Part shown: in pieces, positions 22,505 to 32,448 of the stretch | How positions within the stretch are numbered: position 1 is the stretch's first letter | Layout: each line of letters opens with the position of its first letter | DNA from: an uncultured Nitrospiraceae bacterium | Lineage (GTDB): Bacteria > Nitrospirota > Thermodesulfovibrionia > Thermodesulfovibrionales > UBA6898 | NCBI GenBank assembly: GCA_963811165.1 | Contig: CAWEQH010000004.1 | Location: forward strand, 32,001 to 96,000 | DNA length: 64,000 nucleotides | Direction: 5' to 3' | The notes under the pieces: model-generated | Databases searched by the model: none | Told to the model about the DNA's origin: nothing | What the model saw: only the letters and a program-made list of their open reading frames with translations | Made by a program: the position numbers and the translations under genes

Positions 22505-22990
22505 TCACTGACAGGCCGTACCTGGTTTACAGCCTGAGTAATAGTTACTGATCCGACCGCTGATGGAATCAAGGTGCTGTTTCCAGGGGGATGGCTCAAT
22601 GCCCATACGCCAGAGAATGTAACCAAGTGGATCTTCCATGCTCAGAGCATTTATCCGTATGCCTTCAAGGGCAAAGAAGACTCCCATCAGGTCGACGTCC
22701 TGATCATTGTAAGGAGGCAGTTCGGCCAAAACGTCTGCGACTTGGGCATCGAGGACTGACAATTCGGCTTTTATGCCCGCCAAAGCAATCCCTGTACCTC
22801 TTGGCAACGACGAAGCCGTCATCAAAAAGTCCAGACTCTTTTGGATCAGGTCCATGTTGAGATTCGCGGAATGGAGCGTGCCGATTTGTGGCTGCCAGGG
22901 CGAGGGTTCAACGCCTGCAAAGGCTGGGCTTGACAAGAACGACAAAAAAAGGAGCCCTATCATCACCGTTATTAGAACTCTTCCATTCAT
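22505..22990 (-). CDS. Secreted hypothetical protein with duplicated G(V/I)EPSPW motif
   Basis: SD GAAGGAG; signal peptide ending AFA; downstream terminator. Confidence 0.7.
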   Translation of the reverse strand: MNGRVLITVMIGLLFLSFLSSPAFAGVEPSPWQPQIGTLHSANLNMDLIQKSLDFLMTASSLPRGTGIALAGIKAELSVLDAQVADVLAELPPYNDQDVDLMGVFFALEGIRINALSMEDPLGYILWRMGIEPSPWKQHLDSISGRISNYYSGCKPGTACQ

Positions 22991-23255
22991 GATGCTATCT
23001 CCTTCCCTTTTACTAAGGTTAGTAAATGAAAAGGCCAAACTCACCTTTCCCCCTTCTCTCAAAGGGTTTGGCTTTGTCGGAAACCTGCCCCCTCTTAATT
23101 ACTTTTTATCACTAGAAAATGCTGTTGTCAATTTGTAACTTTAGGTCTCTAACTTCAATATCAAAAGGCGACTTGCCCTATTGGTTACCGTTTGAGCCTT
23201 CCCCGAATTGATGGACACACCTAAAGATTTGTAAGATGGAAAAGGAGGTGTGTGT

Positions 23256-23558
23256 ATGGGGAAAGAGGATAGGCGTCGTCATTTCACGAGGGAGTTCAAG
23301 AGGAATGCTGTTCACCTTGTGACGGAGAAGGGTATGCCGGTAGGGAAGGTAGCTCGGGACCTTGATATTCATCCCAACTTACTTCATTTATGGAGAAGGA
23401 GGTTGCTGAAAGACGGGGAGAAGGCATTTGTGGGGAAAGGCCATTCAAGTCCGGAGGGAGCGGAGATAAAGCAGCTTCGGAAGGAATTGGAAAGGGTGAG
23501 GGAAGAGAGGGACATTTTAAAAAAAGCCTTGGCCGTATTCTCCAAACGCAGCAGATGA
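23256..23558 (+). CDS. IS3 transposase OrfA (HTH)
   Basis: SD AAGGAGG; RRHFTREFK..AV, VARDLDI, ERDILKKA. Confidence 0.92.
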   Translation: MGKEDRRRHFTREFKRNAVHLVTEKGMPVGKVARDLDIHPNLLHLWRRRLLKDGEKAFVGKGHSSPEGAEIKQLRKELERVREERDILKKALAVFSKRSR

Positions 23559-24412
23559 AGTACGGGTTGATGGAAGAGCATCGGGAGAAGTACAGGGTGG
23601 GAAGCATGTGCAAGGTGTTAAAGGTATCCAGGAGTGGGTATTATGCGTGGCGCAGCCGTCCGCTTAGCAGGAGGCAAAAGGACAACCAGGAGTTGCTGGG
23701 ACACATACAGGAGATCCACAGAAGAAGCAGGAAGCTGTACGGGAGCCTAAGGATCACGGCTGAACTCAATGATGAGGGTGTCAAATGCGGGAAGAACCGG
23801 GTAGCCAGGATCATGAAGGATCATGCCATATGCGGGGAAGTGAAGAGGAGGAGGGTTAGGCGGACTACCGATTCACGGCATGATTATGCTCTGGCGGCAA
23901 ACCTGCTGATTGGCAAGAGACAGACCGATGGGGTATGGGCATCAGATATTACGTTTGTTCCTACTTCCGAGGGGTGGTTGTATGTGGCAGCTGTGATAAA
24001 TGTGAAAAGCAGAAGAGTTATAGGGTTGTCCATGAGCGATAAACTTTCTCAGGAACTCGCCTCTGATGCGCTAAAAGCGGCAGCCAGCAGGCAGAGCCCT
24101 CCTGAGGGGTTGATCCACCACTCCGATCGAGGCAGGCAGTACGCGAGTTATGCATATCAGGAGCTTCTCAGAGAATACGGCATTACTCCGAGTATGAGCA
24201 GAAGTGGTAATTGCTATGACAATGCCTATGCGGAGTCATTTTTCGGAACGCTCAAGACGGAATTGGTCCACGGTGAGAAGTACCGTTCACGGCTTGAGGC
24301 AAGGCTTAGTATCTTTGAGTACGTAGAAGTGTTTTATAATCGTCAGAGGAGACACTCGGCATTAGGCTACAAGAGCCCAGAGCAATTTGAACGGCTCCTT
24401 GATGAAACTTAA
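23555..24412 (+). CDS. IS3 transposase OrfB (DDE); OrfAB made by -1 frameshift
   Basis: VSRSGYY, WASDIT, HHSDRGRQY, DNAYAESFFGTLKTE. Confidence 0.92.
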   Translation: MKYGLMEEHREKYRVGSMCKVLKVSRSGYYAWRSRPLSRRQKDNQELLGHIQEIHRRSRKLYGSLRITAELNDEGVKCGKNRVARIMKDHAICGEVKRRRVRRTTDSRHDYALAANLLIGKRQTDGVWASDITFVPTSEGWLYVAAVINVKSRRVIGLSMSDKLSQELASDALKAAASRQSPPEGLIHHSDRGRQYASYAYQELLREYGITPSMSRSGNCYDNAYAESFFGTLKTELVHGEKYRSRLEARLSIFEYVEVFYNRQRRHSALGYKSPEQFERLLDET

Positions 24413-24698
24413 CCAAGTGTCCACATTATCGGGGAAAGCTCAGTTTGAAAGGTTCAGTTATGAGAACTGTATCAGAAGCGTTGAGTACAGGAAGGAACTG
24501 AAAAATATTATCCGACTCTGTCGGCTGCTTATATACGTCTTTTCCACGATCAGTACCAACACGAAACCGCTAGGCGTCTGATTACCATCGGGCGTCGAAA
24601 CCTCCCACTTGTTCTTATCATTCCAGTGATCTCTGTTATAATGATGTTGTTTTCAAGTTAAATAAAAAAAATGATATATTAAATCCAAGGGGCTTAAT

Positions 24699-26228
24699 AT
24701 GATTGACTCTGAAACAAGTACTTATTTGCTCGGCCATTTCAATCTTGGTGCTTCCACTGCGGAAAACGATCCACTTTTAGCATCCGCAAAGATTGAAACT
24801 CAAGAATGGAATGATTTATATTCTTATGATCGTATTGATTTAATAAGAGGAATCAAGGGATCTGGTAAAACAGCACTGTATCGTCTCTTCTCCTTGCTCC
24901 AAAAATTTATGCTAGAACAGAAAAATACATATTGTGTTTTTGGAGTCGAGCCCAGCGGTGATCCAATTTTTCGCTTATATCAAAAAGAATTCGCCAACTT
25001 TAACCAATTTGAATTTGAAAACTTCTGGGGAGTTTATTTCATAGCCTTAGTTTACAATTTAATTTATATCACTCCAGAATTAAAGGCTGCGCTCGACGAC
25101 GAACTCGAAAACTTAGATGCAATGCTGCAAAAAATAGGGCTGAAGTTTAACAAAAATGGATTCACCCGCAATGATTCTATTAAATCATATCTTGCAATTA
25201 TTGCACGGTCTAAGCTGGGATTTGGTATAAAAACAGGGCTCGATCCACAAACAGGGATGATAACATCCGTTACACCCACAGTTGAAATAGATTCTAAAAA
25301 TGCCGAAGAGATATCTCTTAGGCCAATCTATCTCGCTGAATTTCGAGATGGACTCGCTCAGATATTGAGCAATAAGAATTTAAGAATATGGGTTATGCTT
25401 GATCGTCTTGATGAAGTCTTTCCCCACCGAAGCGAAGTTGAAAAGATAGGGTTACGTAGTCTTTTAAAAGCATCCTATAACTTTTCACATCCTAACCTGC
25501 GAACAAAAATTTTCCTGCGTGATGATATTATTGGGTATTTGGCGGCAGATGGATTTACAGCATTAACTCACGTTACTGACAGAAGTTCATCAACTATGTC
25601 ATGGTCAAAAGATGAGTTGTTGCATCTGATTGTTAAGCGCGTGTCTGCCTCTGATGCTATTGCTATCCACTATGAAATCGATACTAAAAGAATTGATAAC
25701 GATAAGGATTATAGAGAGACGGTGTTCTATAAAATATTCCCCTCCAAAATTGGAAAAACTTATACTATGGATTGGCTTTATTCTAATTGTGCTGATGCCA
25801 ATAATATTGTTACTCCACGCGACATGATAGATTTTTTTAAATTTGCAAAGTCTGAACAATTTAAGCAGAACAAATTGAACCCGCAAAATTACGAATTCCT
25901 AATTACTGAAGATGCTTTTAAAAAGGCATTAGATGATTTGTCGATGAATAAAAAGGATACTTTTTTATTTGCTGAATTTCCACACCTTAAGGAAGTGTTA
26001 CTAAAATTTGAAGGTGCATATTCCGAGTACAACAAAGAAAGTTTTGAAAAACTCGTCGGGCCTGAATATATAAAGATATTGGATGATCTGCGCGGAATTG
26101 GTTTCATCAAACATATTCCCAAAAGCGGCACTTACAAGATTCCTGTTATTTGGAGAAAAGGGTTAAATATTCGTAGAGGCAAGGCACACGTAAAGAGGGC
26201 TCTTCGAAAAAGAGCTACTGACGAATAA
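24699..26228 (+). CDS. AT-rich P-loop NTPase (FunZ/Sll1717-like)
   Basis: Walker A GIKGSGKT, Walker B VMLDRLDE, KIFLRDDI, TPRDMI, winged-helix-like C-terminus. Confidence 0.75.
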   Translation: MIDSETSTYLLGHFNLGASTAENDPLLASAKIETQEWNDLYSYDRIDLIRGIKGSGKTALYRLFSLLQKFMLEQKNTYCVFGVEPSGDPIFRLYQKEFANFNQFEFENFWGVYFIALVYNLIYITPELKAALDDELENLDAMLQKIGLKFNKNGFTRNDSIKSYLAIIARSKLGFGIKTGLDPQTGMITSVTPTVEIDSKNAEEISLRPIYLAEFRDGLAQILSNKNLRIWVMLDRLDEVFPHRSEVEKIGLRSLLKASYNFSHPNLRTKIFLRDDIIGYLAADGFTALTHVTDRSSSTMSWSKDELLHLIVKRVSASDAIAIHYEIDTKRIDNDKDYRETVFYKIFPSKIGKTYTMDWLYSNCADANNIVTPRDMIDFFKFAKSEQFKQNKLNPQNYEFLITEDAFKKALDDLSMNKKDTFLFAEFPHLKEVLLKFEGAYSEYNKESFEKLVGPEYIKILDDLRGIGFIKHIPKSGTYKIPVIWRKGLNIRRGKAHVKRALRKRATDE

Positions 26229-26263
26229 TAAAAAGTGGACACTTTCTAAATTATATGATGAGC

Positions 26264-27587
26264 CACTAGTGTCCGGTTAAGAAGTGAATAAATTCAACTG
26301 GTTTTGATTTTCGAGCATAACTGAACGTTCTTCGATAGTCTGAAATGCTTGTTGCAAAGGCATTTTCTCGAAAAGGGTAATCGAGAGAATCTGTAACAAT
26401 GTATAAAGGGATGCATCGAGATTGAGCTTTTTCTTGATGATGGCGATGAGTACATACATGGAAACGGCGATCCAGATTTGGGTCTTCACAGCGTTTTCCG
26501 ATGTACCATAAAACCGTTTGATGCGAAGATGCTGTTTGATCCATTTGAAGAACAGTTCGATCTGCCAACGGCTTTTGTAGAGTGCAGCGATTGTGAGTGC
26601 TGATAGAGTCGTGTTGTTGGTAAGAAAGATCAGAGTTTTGTCTCTCTCGATATCTTTGAAGCGAATACGACGCAAATGTTCGGGGTAATGACAATGACTG
26701 TAGTAGCCGTTCAACATAATGCTCTGGTCGCAGATAATGCCAGAGGATCGGTCGACGGGCGCAGAGTATACGCGCCTTGCATTGAGGTTCGACTTTGTGC
26801 GGGTCACAAAGAAACTGCCTGCCCGGTGCAACGCATAAAGACGAGCGAAGTCCATATATGCCCGATCCATGATGTAGAACGCCCCAGGTTCCGCAATAAG
26901 CAGGTCGAGAATATTGATGTCGTGCCACTTGCCGTCGGTGATGTGAATGAAACTGGGGATTGCACCCTTGAGATCCAAAAGTGTATGGACTTTGACTGCG
27001 GCTTTTGTATCGCGGAACGGAGCCCATGGGAACACCGAAAGACAAAGATCGATGGTTGTGGAGTCCAGCGCATAAACCGTGTTGGAAAGATCGAGTCCCA
27101 AATCCTCGTCTGCGTAGAGCCTTCTTGCTTGAGCGATCAGTCTCTGCGCAAAATCGGCGTAGATGCGCCAGTCTCGGGATTCGTTTGCGTCGGCCAGAGT
27201 CGACCGAGAAATCGCTCCGTTGAGACCCATATGGTAAAGCTTCGAAGCCTGAGCCGAAAGGCACGCTTCTATATCGCGCAGACTCTCCCGATAGGTCAAT
27301 TGGGCGAATGCCAAGATGCGAAACTGCTCCGTGCAGCGAAAGGTACGAATACGATGATCGCCTCCATAGCGAGCGACTATACGATGAAATGTGCTCCAAG
27401 GGAGAAAATCCATGATTTGCGCAAATAGGGTCTTGCCAGTATACATTGGCACCTCCGGGAATTTCAGTTCCAGAAGGATTGCCCATTCGGCGATATCTAT
27501 TCAAGTCGACACCACCAAAAATATTGCAAATATTCTTATCTGTCATATAGTTTTAAGTATCAGCCGTTTCTTAACCGGACAGCACTG
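26264..27587 (-). mobile_element. Complete IS4-family insertion sequence, 1324 bp
   Basis: IRs CACTAGTGTCCGGTTAAGAA / TTCTTAACCGGACAGCACTG; 9-bp TSD ATGATGAGC at 26255-26263 and 27588-27596. Confidence 0.95.
26277..27452 (-). CDS. IS4-family transposase (DUF4372-like N-terminus plus DDE)
   Basis: ALDSTTIDL, MDRAY, YKSRWQIELFFKWIKQ (YREK motif). Confidence 0.93.
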   Translation of the reverse strand: MPMYTGKTLFAQIMDFLPWSTFHRIVARYGGDHRIRTFRCTEQFRILAFAQLTYRESLRDIEACLSAQASKLYHMGLNGAISRSTLADANESRDWRIYADFAQRLIAQARRLYADEDLGLDLSNTVYALDSTTIDLCLSVFPWAPFRDTKAAVKVHTLLDLKGAIPSFIHITDGKWHDINILDLLIAEPGAFYIMDRAYMDFARLYALHRAGSFFVTRTKSNLNARRVYSAPVDRSSGIICDQSIMLNGYYSHCHYPEHLRRIRFKDIERDKTLIFLTNNTTLSALTIAALYKSRWQIELFFKWIKQHLRIKRFYGTSENAVKTQIWIAVSMYVLIAIIKKKLNLDASLYTLLQILSITLFEKMPLQQAFQTIEERSVMLENQNQLNLFTS

Positions 27588-27754
27588 ATGATGAGCAATC
27601 AATAACTGAGAGATATATTCTCATGACAACACAATCCTGCCGCTTCATCAGTCTCAAGAGAAAACAATTCAATTTCGGTCGAACTCCAAACAATAAGAAC
27701 GGCAAAGAAATATGCGGTGTACAGGAAGGAATCGTGCGTCTTGGCCTTTGGTGC

Positions 27755-27937
27755 CTACGCCCTTGTTAAAAACATTCCGGCAAACTCCTTAAGCTCTTCG
27801 GAGCCGACTTCGCCCGAGGCTGCAAGCTTTCCGTATGCGCCGGATGGGTCGTTATGGACAGCAAAGGCGACTCTTTTAACAGCATTTGCAAAGCGGCCTA
27901 TCCTCTCGTCCACTTTTTTGGCAAAAAGAAAAGGCAT
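27755..27937 (-). CDS. Small hypothetical protein
   Basis: TAATG coupling to the upstream ORF; no motif recognised. Confidence 0.35.
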   Translation of the reverse strand: MPFLFAKKVDERIGRFANAVKRVAFAVHNDPSGAYGKLAASGEVGSEELKEFAGMFLTRA

Positions 27938-28287
27938 TAACCTCGTGAATAATCCAACGAAGGGCTGCTGATCTTGATATAGCCGGTGGTCGTTGAGTCT
28001 ACTGAGGCTCCCGCCTCATTGAGGCGCTCGGAATACGATGTCATCAGCACCATATGACCGTTGAACCTGATCTTTAGAATGTCGAAATGGCCCGAAATAA
28101 AATAGACCCTCCTGCTGCGGACAGAATTGACGAGTTCCACGTTCCCCGCCAAGCCCGCAGGATCGTCGACATGGATTAAGCCGTCAGGCCTGACCTCTAT
28201 TTTGTATAATTCCAAAGACGGGTCGTAGAAGTGCGCGAGAACCATGGAAAGGCGCGGGTGGTCTATCAGGAACTCATACTGCCTCAA
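27937..28287 (-). CDS. Hypothetical protein
   Basis: Only sizeable ORF in the gap; TTG start, divergent from the MBL gene. Confidence 0.45.
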   Translation of the reverse strand: MRQYEFLIDHPRLSMVLAHFYDPSLELYKIEVRPDGLIHVDDPAGLAGNVELVNSVRSRRVYFISGHFDILKIRFNGHMVLMTSYSERLNEAGASVDSTTTGYIKISSPSLDYSRG

Positions 28288-28354
28288 ACTGACCGATTAT
28301 GCACTTACGGCGGTCCTTGGCGTATAATGAGATAGTTCAGTCCAGGAGGTTTTC

Positions 28355-28996
28355 ATGACTGTCGATAAGATCGTTGTCGGCCAGCTCGGTGTGAACTGTT
28401 ATGTCGTATATGATGAGGGAGCGTCGGAGGCGGCCGTAATCGACCCGGGAGACGAATTCGAAAGGATAGCAGATCTTCTCGATGGGCAGGGAATCACGCC
28501 TAAATATATATTCTTTACCCATGCCCATTACGACCACGTCTGCGCGGCAGGAGAACTGAAAGATAAATACGGTGCGGCCATCATTATGCATGAAGACGAA
28601 AAAGAGACTTACCGTAAGACCAAGGCCTTATGCCTTTCATGGGGTTTTGTGGAAGAGGATTTTCCGGATCCGGACATATTGGTTACGGAGGGAAGTAAGA
28701 TCGTCCTTGGAGGCAATACCTTTGAAGTACTGCATACTCCCGGCCATACTCCAGGTGGCATATGTCTGTATCTGGAGGGGACATTGTTTACCGGTGACAC
28801 GCTTTTTAGAAGGTCTGTAGGAAGGACCGACCTTCCCGGCGGGGATACGGCGAAGCTTGAGGGCTCTCTCAAAAGACTCGCATCTCTGCCGCCCGATACA
28901 AGGGTTTATTGCGGGCATGGTGATGACACGACTATCGGGGAAGAAGTGATGAGGAACCCTTTTTTGTCAGGCAGCAGACTGAGATTTGCGAAGTGA
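28355..28996 (+). CDS. MBL-fold metallo-hydrolase (glyoxalase II/YcbL-like)
   Basis: THAHYDH, HTPGHTPG, FTGDTLF, GRTDLPGG, CGHG. Confidence 0.92.
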   Translation: MTVDKIVVGQLGVNCYVVYDEGASEAAVIDPGDEFERIADLLDGQGITPKYIFFTHAHYDHVCAAGELKDKYGAAIIMHEDEKETYRKTKALCLSWGFVEEDFPDPDILVTEGSKIVLGGNTFEVLHTPGHTPGGICLYLEGTLFTGDTLFRRSVGRTDLPGGDTAKLEGSLKRLASLPPDTRVYCGHGDDTTIGEEVMRNPFLSGSRLRFAK

Positions 28997-29613
28997 CCCA
29001 TACTCTGCGAACTGCGGCGAACGACAGCCCCGGCATTAAGGCCGGGTCAGGAACAGTTTCGGAGAGATGGGCCCGCATCGATTCGCTGAATTTTGTCTGG
29101 GAAGAGGTGAAGGAGCTATGCTCGAAATACGAAGATCATTTGGAGGAAGTGAGGGGCCGTGCCGCGGGGGTTTCCTCTGCGGTCGAAACAGCGGGCCTCT
29201 TTATCGAACGACATACCTCCGTTGTCTGCCCCGCCTGCCTTAAGGTCTGCTGTATAAACAGGCATTCTTACCACGATCCTGCGGACATTATCTGCATCTG
29301 TGCGCTTGGCGAAAAGCCGGCGCTTTATAAGAGGGGTGCCGGAGATAAAGAGCCCTGCCAGTTTTGGGGGGAAAGGGGCTGCAGCATCAAACGCCCTCTT
29401 CGGCCCCACCGGTGCAACTGGTATTTCTGCGTGCCGCTTTTGGAACATATTGAAACCGTTCCTGCTCGTGAGTACCGCAGGTTCATAGCCGATCTCCGTG
29501 ACATCAACGAAAAAAGGGAGGGCCTTGTCAATGCCTTCACCAATGTATTGAAAGGGGCGGGATACGACTTCGGGCATCTTATGCATGCATCGGATGAAAT
29601 TTTTTTCACATAG
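28993..29613 (+). CDS. Cys-cluster hypothetical protein (YkgJ-like)
   Basis: CPACLKVCC, CQFWGERGC, RPHRCNWYFC. Confidence 0.7.
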   Translation: MTHTLRTAANDSPGIKAGSGTVSERWARIDSLNFVWEEVKELCSKYEDHLEEVRGRAAGVSSAVETAGLFIERHTSVVCPACLKVCCINRHSYHDPADIICICALGEKPALYKRGAGDKEPCQFWGERGCSIKRPLRPHRCNWYFCVPLLEHIETVPAREYRRFIADLRDINEKREGLVNAFTNVLKGAGYDFGHLMHASDEIFFT

Positions 29614-29686
29614 TTTTTCGCGGGAATTTGATATACTCTGATCACAATATTAAGACTCGCATTATTAATCTCACAGGAGGTGTGAA

Positions 29687-30550
29687 ATGAAGAGAATTAT
29701 TATCACTATGGTGGTCTTTAGCGTTTTTTTTGCATTGGTATCATCGCCGGCAATGGCCGATAATGCGGGCCTCGTCAAGATCGACGATTCGATCGAGGTC
29801 CTTGATCAGACTTTGTCTATACCGGAAAGCGGGATCCCGCCTGTATTGCTGCAAAACGCAAGCGGAATTGCGATCATCCCGGGTGTGATAAAGGCCGGTT
29901 TTATCCTCGGAGGGCGATACGGTAAGGGCATCCTCGTCGTGCGTGAAAAAGACGGGAGTTGGTCCAACCCTGTGTTCATCACGATCGCAGGCGGCAGCAT
30001 AGGTTGGCAGATCGGCGTCGAGTCAATCGATATTATCCTCGTTTTTAAGAGCAGCAGAAGCATAGAAGGGATCATGAGAGGCAAGTTTACTCTCGGCGCG
30101 GACGCGAGCGTTGCGGCGGGCCCGGTGGGCAGGCAGGCATCCGCCTCGACAGACGTTCTCCTGAAGTCGGAGATCTACTCTTATTCAAGGAGCAGGGGCC
30201 TCTTTGCCGGACTGGCCCTCGACGGTGCGGGTATCTCGATCAACCATGATGCGAACGAGGCGTTTTACGGCACCGCGCATGCCCTGCCTGCCGACATCAT
30301 CGACAACAGGAATCTCAAAGTACCTCCAGTGGTCGACAGGTTGAAAAAGATACTGAACGAGCACGCCTCCGGCCCCGGAAACCCCCGCGCAGCGGAAAAA
30401 AGCGAGGCCCCTTCGGAGAAGATGGACAAGAAGGAAAATTCGACTGAGTCGGACAAAGGAGAAAGACCGATAATGATGGAGCAGGTAGACTCTGTGGACA
30501 AGCCTGAAAAGGCGGACAATCCGGAAAAGCAGGAAAAAGAGCGTTATTAA
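29687..30550 (+). CDS. YSC84/SYLF lipid-binding domain exported protein
   Basis: Signal peptide; KAGFILGGRYGKG, GGSIGWQIG, YSYSRSRGLFAG. Confidence 0.9.
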   Translation: MKRIIITMVVFSVFFALVSSPAMADNAGLVKIDDSIEVLDQTLSIPESGIPPVLLQNASGIAIIPGVIKAGFILGGRYGKGILVVREKDGSWSNPVFITIAGGSIGWQIGVESIDIILVFKSSRSIEGIMRGKFTLGADASVAAGPVGRQASASTDVLLKSEIYSYSRSRGLFAGLALDGAGISINHDANEAFYGTAHALPADIIDNRNLKVPPVVDRLKKILNEHASGPGNPRAAEKSEAPSEKMDKKENSTESDKGERPIMMEQVDSVDKPEKADNPEKQEKERY

Positions 30551-30556
30551 GAATGT

Positions 30557-31564
30557 TTAAGGGTGGGTCAGCTCCGACGTCTCCGGCACAAGACGCTTAT
30601 ATTCTTCGTAAGTCAGCTGGGAACGCCATTTCCCGGCTGTGATTCCGGCGCCTATGATAAGCGATAACATCAGGACGAGGACAGCGGGATAGAGATACGG
30701 GCCAAATGCCTTTCGTTGTCTCCCTGTCTTAATCGATATTTCGAGCGCCCCCTCGGCAGGACACCTGCTTACGCAGGTCATACAGCCGAAACATTCCGCG
30801 GACTTTACCGCCTCTTGTCTTTCCACGTCTATGAGGGCCGGGCAATGACTCGTACAGGCATGACAATGAACGCAGTTCTTTTCACTCCTTTTTATCTTAA
30901 CCGGACCGAGTTTGCTCAGCAGCCCCAGCAGCGCTCCGTAAGGGCAGAGGTAGCGGCACCAGAAATTCTTGTAAAGCAGCGAAAGACCGCCGGTACCGGC
31001 GAGGAACCATGCGGTGGCAGTCGACATATCGGCAAAAAAATTCATTGTCTTGATATCCGCGATTTTATAGTAGTCCGATAGAAAGAACGCTTTCAGTGTT
31101 GCCGCCGACATCCTGTCCCAGACAATAAACAAAAAAAAGGTCATCACGATATACTTCACAGACCGTAAGAGTAAATCGGCGCCCCTCCACATCCTGAAGT
31201 TCCTCCCGAAGAGCCTCCCGCCGGTCATCCAGAACCACTGGGACAGGGTGCCTACCGGGCATATCCAACCGCAAAACCCCTTTTTCAACAGAAGCGAGAC
31301 GCAGACAATTGCGGTGAACATAATGAGGGCTGATGGATGGACCGGTTCAATGACGCCTGTCGACAGGAAATACTTGAATGACATCAGCCCCGCTATCGGC
31401 AGAAAGGCGTCCACGGAGGAGGGTCTTTCTATAAAGGGGTGCGACGGATTTTCGAAATGCAGGACGAAGTGATAAAACGTGTAGCCTATATGGAGGGTAA
31501 GAAGAAAAAAAACGGCTTGTACGGCATATCGAAGAAATCTGATATTTTTCTTATTTTCCGTCAT
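30557..31564 (-). CDS. Membrane 4Fe-4S binding protein (NapH/YccM-like)
   Basis: FCGWICPVG, WCRYLCPYG, two CxxCxxCxxxCP motifs, several TM helices. Confidence 0.88.
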   Translation of the reverse strand: MTENKKNIRFLRYAVQAVFFLLTLHIGYTFYHFVLHFENPSHPFIERPSSVDAFLPIAGLMSFKYFLSTGVIEPVHPSALIMFTAIVCVSLLLKKGFCGWICPVGTLSQWFWMTGGRLFGRNFRMWRGADLLLRSVKYIVMTFFLFIVWDRMSAATLKAFFLSDYYKIADIKTMNFFADMSTATAWFLAGTGGLSLLYKNFWCRYLCPYGALLGLLSKLGPVKIKRSEKNCVHCHACTSHCPALIDVERQEAVKSAECFGCMTCVSRCPAEGALEISIKTGRQRKAFGPYLYPAVLVLMLSLIIGAGITAGKWRSQLTYEEYKRLVPETSELTHP

Positions 31565-31695
31565 GTGGTTATTATAATAGATGCGCGGTGGTCAAGCGGT
31601 ATGACCGGCATCATGTTATCCAGGCTTTCATTCCCAGGGAAGGCCTCTTCCCTTGATATTTCATCGCCCATTTGTTACTTTCAAGCGAGGACACA

Positions 31696-32439
31696 ATGAA
31701 AGTCATTACCGGTAAATGGACGCAGGAGGAACTGGACCGGATTATCCGAGAGTCTTCGAAAATCGGAGACACCGGAGGCAGGATAGATGTTTTGTCGAAG
31801 GAGTTTCTTGGGACCGATTACCGGGAATATACCCTTATAGGGGACCAAAAGACGCCTGAGGTCTTTGTGGTGGACCTGGAAGGGGTCGATTGCTTCACCT
31901 TCATCGATTATGTGGAGGCGATGAGGATATCCGGCTCCTTTTCCGAATTTATAGCGGGCCTGCAAAAAATCAGATATAGAGAAGGGCGTATTACCTTTGA
32001 AGACCGGAACCACTTTTTTACCGACTGGAGGGAACCCAATGACGTCTCTGTGGAAGACGTCACCGGGGAGATCGGCAAGTCCGCTGCGGTCGGGGTCCGA
32101 AAGATCCTAAACATAAAGAAGGACGGGACGTCCTGGGTATCGGGCATCAGGCCCGTGCAGCGTGAAATGAAATATATCCCTTCCGGCGCGGTGGACGATC
32201 AGGTCCTTGCCGGACTGCGCACCGGCGATTACGCCGGCATATATTCGGAAGCGCCGGGACTCGATGTCTCGCACGTCGGTATTATCATTAAAGACGAGGG
32301 GAATATAAACTTGAGACACGCCTCGTCTCGACATGGAAAAGTTGTTGATGAGGACCTGAAAAAATATATTTCGGGCAAGCCGGGGCTGATCATATTAAGG
32401 TCCCGCCTTCAGGTGCCCACACCTGTATTGTCCCGATAG
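31696..32439 (+). CDS. DUF1460 (NlpC/P60-like) N-acetylmuramoyl-L-alanine amidase-like protein
   Basis: FLGTDY, VDCFTFIDYVEA, RNHFFTDW, GLDVSHVG, RHASS; no signal peptide. Confidence 0.85.
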   Translation: MKVITGKWTQEELDRIIRESSKIGDTGGRIDVLSKEFLGTDYREYTLIGDQKTPEVFVVDLEGVDCFTFIDYVEAMRISGSFSEFIAGLQKIRYREGRITFEDRNHFFTDWREPNDVSVEDVTGEIGKSAAVGVRKILNIKKDGTSWVSGIRPVQREMKYIPSGAVDDQVLAGLRTGDYAGIYSEAPGLDVSHVGIIIKDEGNINLRHASSRHGKVVDEDLKKYISGKPGLIILRSRLQVPTPVLSR

Positions 32440-32448
32440 TTCATGGAT

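Larger units (their letters stand above)
23193..24442 (+). mobile_element. Complete IS3-family insertion sequence, 1250 bp
   Basis: TG...CA ends; IRL TGAGCCTTCCCCGAATTGATGGACAC versus IRR reverse complement TGAGCTTTCCCCGATAATGTGGACAC; 3-bp TSD GTT; A7G slippery site at 23519-23526. Confidence 0.95.

Noticed and set aside
23193..27587. Composite transposon carrying the P-loop NTPase
   Set aside because: The two IS belong to different families and each has its own TSD, so they inserted independently.
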